Positions 54,001 to 55,589 of a DNA stretch of 55,589 nucleotides are shown here, piece by piece. The position numbers and the translations under genes were made by a program. The stretch's first letter is position 1. Each line of letters starts with the position of its first letter. This DNA comes from a virus (taxonomy: Duplodnaviria; Caudoviricetes). The stretch lies in IMG/VR virus record IMGVR_UViG_3300043400_000016, positions 1 through 55,589 of that record. One strand, 5' to 3'. The notes beneath the pieces are model-generated. The model was not told the origin of the DNA. It did no database searches and was given only the letters and a program-made list of their open reading frames with translations.

Positions 54001-54136
54001 GATAAATTCTGACGGGGTTAGGCTTAACAGCCCGCCGGATAGTTTTAATACGTCGGAAAGTACGGATTTTAGACAAGCATTACCGAGTACTGATAACACC
54101 GCGTATAGTTACGGTCTAGCTTTAGGCTTGTGGTAG
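51053..54136 (+). CDS. baseplate/tail protein (gp7/gpI-like core) with four GxGY modules
   Basis: L..IG.EYG......R.R.......KRKGT..G....LR..GY core; repeated Gly-rich modules. Confidence 0.7.
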   Translation: MPYSETNNGSGYLDGVYPRVPLFGGSGRGIEAAVTITSGAVSHLSYVTLGTGYRIGDILDFSLTNIAGLAQGTGFRTKITSIPYTENINGWEDYQSMPERAIDGMAIFSALDPAGIYTLIARLLGSMSARFQYDAKFIEAQSSAVTAEVPAQATTTVGSPPYTYDVSTLKKIGHEYGYEINATDPVSRIRAGLLTSVSSTKRKGTSLGVTDRLRTMGYSGYATEIWGTPGANRIILAPSTSATDTTLPLLKFDPYSSTPGIRISKWSNSYPVSYTGGVITHANVCVVEVSGGRDAANHPSGIPDTDDYFEIYDGVTRWRFVYMPYVKTTDTFAYDTSKSGPCEYAAGSTTRTGYNIGGYPALTEAPVVTSYVYRDAASVYAYGVTYNRCLDVRGIPNCLIKDAADNQLYLPAGVVGYAWDSTNKVSIGFTIGSDGALVTVNSILNESGHASFACGQTIRIPVSIASNLSTGAGYVTTSGLLAGSFTNVALTGGSGTGALATVIISGGSVTSIVLTYLGYGYHVGETLTVPYTSIPGATGVTTQASITLVSKSGYFFTATITSPSASNLIAAPTYAGLSTAKAVAVPVWIDNSLPILNIPNLQNAISLWNASTGSNYVPGIGILLTIVSTDYGYQPPGASYGYQTINNRKILAPPRPPLTGAVDPMGIIVLNGGAGYTYRDPTTGLCYDTYRQYSYMHGGHGKALYGYITVTNGVVTAVNADPLAPGYEFRSGDILVPGAAISYDNLGTPIASSAMTVGTGLSCAIRGQASLETITSLTGGSGYQNSANGKIFELVSANGSGALAVFTISGGIVIAVSLTASRGQGYHYLDILTAPDLPGGTNFQCAVSGVTSGLGLGLVDGLTSESSARYAKKPSNGAETDPWFCRGAAANYVELPQSYSYDVPGIFLPLSQIVVHINHADGTYVDFTDPDDTGTYSLVGGPGADGNAPWHRINRELTTDVLPACIAIKYFATDFHLGKYSDKINSDGVRLNSPPDSFNTSESTDFRQALPSTDNTAYSYGLALGLW

Positions 54137-54253
54137 TCTATTTAGCTACTTGAAGTCACAGCCCTCAATACCGAGTAATTAGGCTACGCTAGGAGTCATC
54201 CAATTTACATAACTGCGCGTTTGCAACAAACCAGCTAAGAGTAGGATGTAGTC

Positions 54254-54817
54254 ATGCCAAATAATAGTTTTTCCGTACGTGGCTGCATCACAGTATGCGA
54301 ATGCGACTATCATAACCCGGATTTTTCTCGTATCGCTGCGTCGGTACGTGGTGAATCAGATTATGTTTTACAGAAGTCAAACATAATCCTTGACGGTGGG
54401 CTTAGCTGCATGGCTGTACTACTTGGCGGGGCAAAAGGAGCACCCTATGGCTCAGGCACCAATACAAACCAGCCTATAATTCAGAGTAAAACTATTGGAA
54501 CACAATCCGACGTTACTCCGGTAGTCATGGAGATCGGTAACTCTAATAGTCCAACATCATTGAATGCCACTGATACCAACGGCTGCACTAATGTTGTTCT
54601 GTTGCCCCATGTGTATGTCATTTACCCAACCGCTACTTCAGTTTCTTACGTTGGGTTAATTCCACCAACAGTATTAGCTTCAAACACTCTAACAGAAGAA
54701 GCACTAAGAGTTGGAAACGGCGTAGTATTTGCCAAAACAAATTTTAGTATCGCAATTATGCCAACGCTGACTGTTGGTTATGCGTTTGCTCACACATTCT
54801 CTTTTTCTCGTGGATGA
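54254..54817 (+). CDS. tail-fibre attachment/baseplate protein
   Basis: N.I.D.G...A.LL.G, EIGN, L.EEAL....G..FA, F.HTF.F pattern seen before phage fibre genes. Confidence 0.6.
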   Translation: MPNNSFSVRGCITVCECDYHNPDFSRIAASVRGESDYVLQKSNIILDGGLSCMAVLLGGAKGAPYGSGTNTNQPIIQSKTIGTQSDVTPVVMEIGNSNSPTSLNATDTNGCTNVVLLPHVYVIYPTATSVSYVGLIPPTVLASNTLTEEALRVGNGVVFAKTNFSIAIMPTLTVGYAFAHTFSFSRG

Positions 54818-54823
54818 TGTGTA

Positions 54824-55589
54824 ATGCCAAATATTAATGAATTTCCTACGTTTGTAAGTAACAAGGATCTTCCGTCTGAAGAATTCCCAACGCTATCACG
54901 TACGGTTAGACCGGATTTAGTCGCACCGCAAGCTGCGGATAGGCAAGCTAGGGCTCTGGAAAAACGCGACATAACCATTGTTAAATGGCTGCGTTCAATA
55001 ATAGCATATATAAATAATATTAATACTATATTGGGAGATTTTTTTGTCCGTCGAGATGGCGGTAACTTTATGCAAGGACATCTGCCAGTCGGAGATGGCA
55101 CATCAAATTTTAAAGTAATTAATATGGCCACTGGCTCGGCAGCTACAGACGCAGCCGCAGTCGGGCAAGTACTGCTACGCAATGGCGCGAATTCAGCAAC
55201 TGGTTCGCTGAATATGGGTAATCAGTACATAGGTAACATGCATGACCCGGCCAGCCCGCAAGACGCTGCTACAAAAAATTATGTCGATTCGTTGACCACT
55301 GGATTCCTTGGTAGAAATGTATGTATTACAACTCCAGGGGCTGGTAGTTGGACATTCCCGGCTCTTGTAACTCGTGTACTGGTTGTAGTCCAGGGTGGCC
55401 AAGGGGGCGGTGGTGGCGCGTCTGCTGCTGGGTCTTTTGCGGTTGGGTACGCCGGGGCTATGGGAGGCATTGTAGCATTTTGGTTAAATGGATCACCGGG
55501 TAGTACTATAAGCTACTTCGTTGGTGGAGGCGGTGGGGGTGGTAACACTGTTGATGACGGTGGCGGTGGAAATGACGCTGGCGGTGGCG
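54824..55589 (+). CDS. tail fibre protein, truncated by window end (not in ORF track)
   Basis: MPNINEFP...; G.LNMG...I.N..DP..PQDAATKNYVD stalk motif then W.FP..V....V...GG.GGGG Gly-rich domain; open to the edge. Confidence 0.75.
   Translation, partial: MPNINEFPTFVSNKDLPSEEFPTLSRTVRPDLVAPQAADRQARALEKRDITIVKWLRSIIAYINNINTILGDFFVRRDGGNFMQGHLPVGDGTSNFKVINMATGSAATDAAAVGQVLLRNGANSATGSLNMGNQYIGNMHDPASPQDAATKNYVDSLTTGFLGRNVCITTPGAGSWTFPALVTRVLVVVQGGQGGGGGASAAGSFAVGYAGAMGGIVAFWLNGSPGSTISYFVGGGGGGGNTVDDGGGGNDAGGG

Noticed and set aside
54790-55470. Minus-strand ORFs at the right end
   Set aside because: Antisense shadows of the plus-strand tail-fibre gene starting at 54824
1-55589. Stop-codon reassignment or suppressor tRNA
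   Set aside because: Long genes end normally at TAA, TAG and TGA and no suppressor anticodon is present; the anticodons TAA, TAG and TGA read Leu and Ser codons

Overview
55.6-kb segment of a large T4-superfamily-like (myovirus) phage genome; the host cannot be identified from the sequence. Layout: a ParB-like gene and a non-coding repeat-rich stretch (1-2.5 kb); a block of short early-type genes, most with their own sigma70-like promoter (2.5-7.3 kb); accessory enzymes (metallophosphoesterase, class-3 lipase, 5'-nucleotidase, C39-like peptidase, deaminase, two more ParB-like genes, degenerate QueD); putative internal head proteins, a fused prohead protease-scaffold and a gp23-like major capsid protein (14.5-23.7 kb); 28 tRNA genes in two divergent operons invaded by HNH genes (23.9-29.4 kb); then neck, sheath, tube, tape-measure, baseplate and fibre genes. 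Main finding: each tRNA operon is preceded by a complete ribosome-dependent attenuator (promoter, short leader ORF missed by the ORF track, antiterminator, intrinsic terminator) whose leader codons match the tRNAs behind it. A Leu/Ser/Tyr leader precedes the Leu/Ser/Tyr operon, and a 42-codon leader containing every amino acid except Ser and Tyr precedes the operon for the other amino acids. This looks like a sensor that switches on phage tRNAs when host tRNAs are depleted or cleaved. Second finding: a palindrome (G)CAAACASTGTTTG(C) occurs about 22 times with a backbone spacing near 3 kb, in a genome carrying three ParB-like genes. All calls are by eye; no database searches or folding programs were run.
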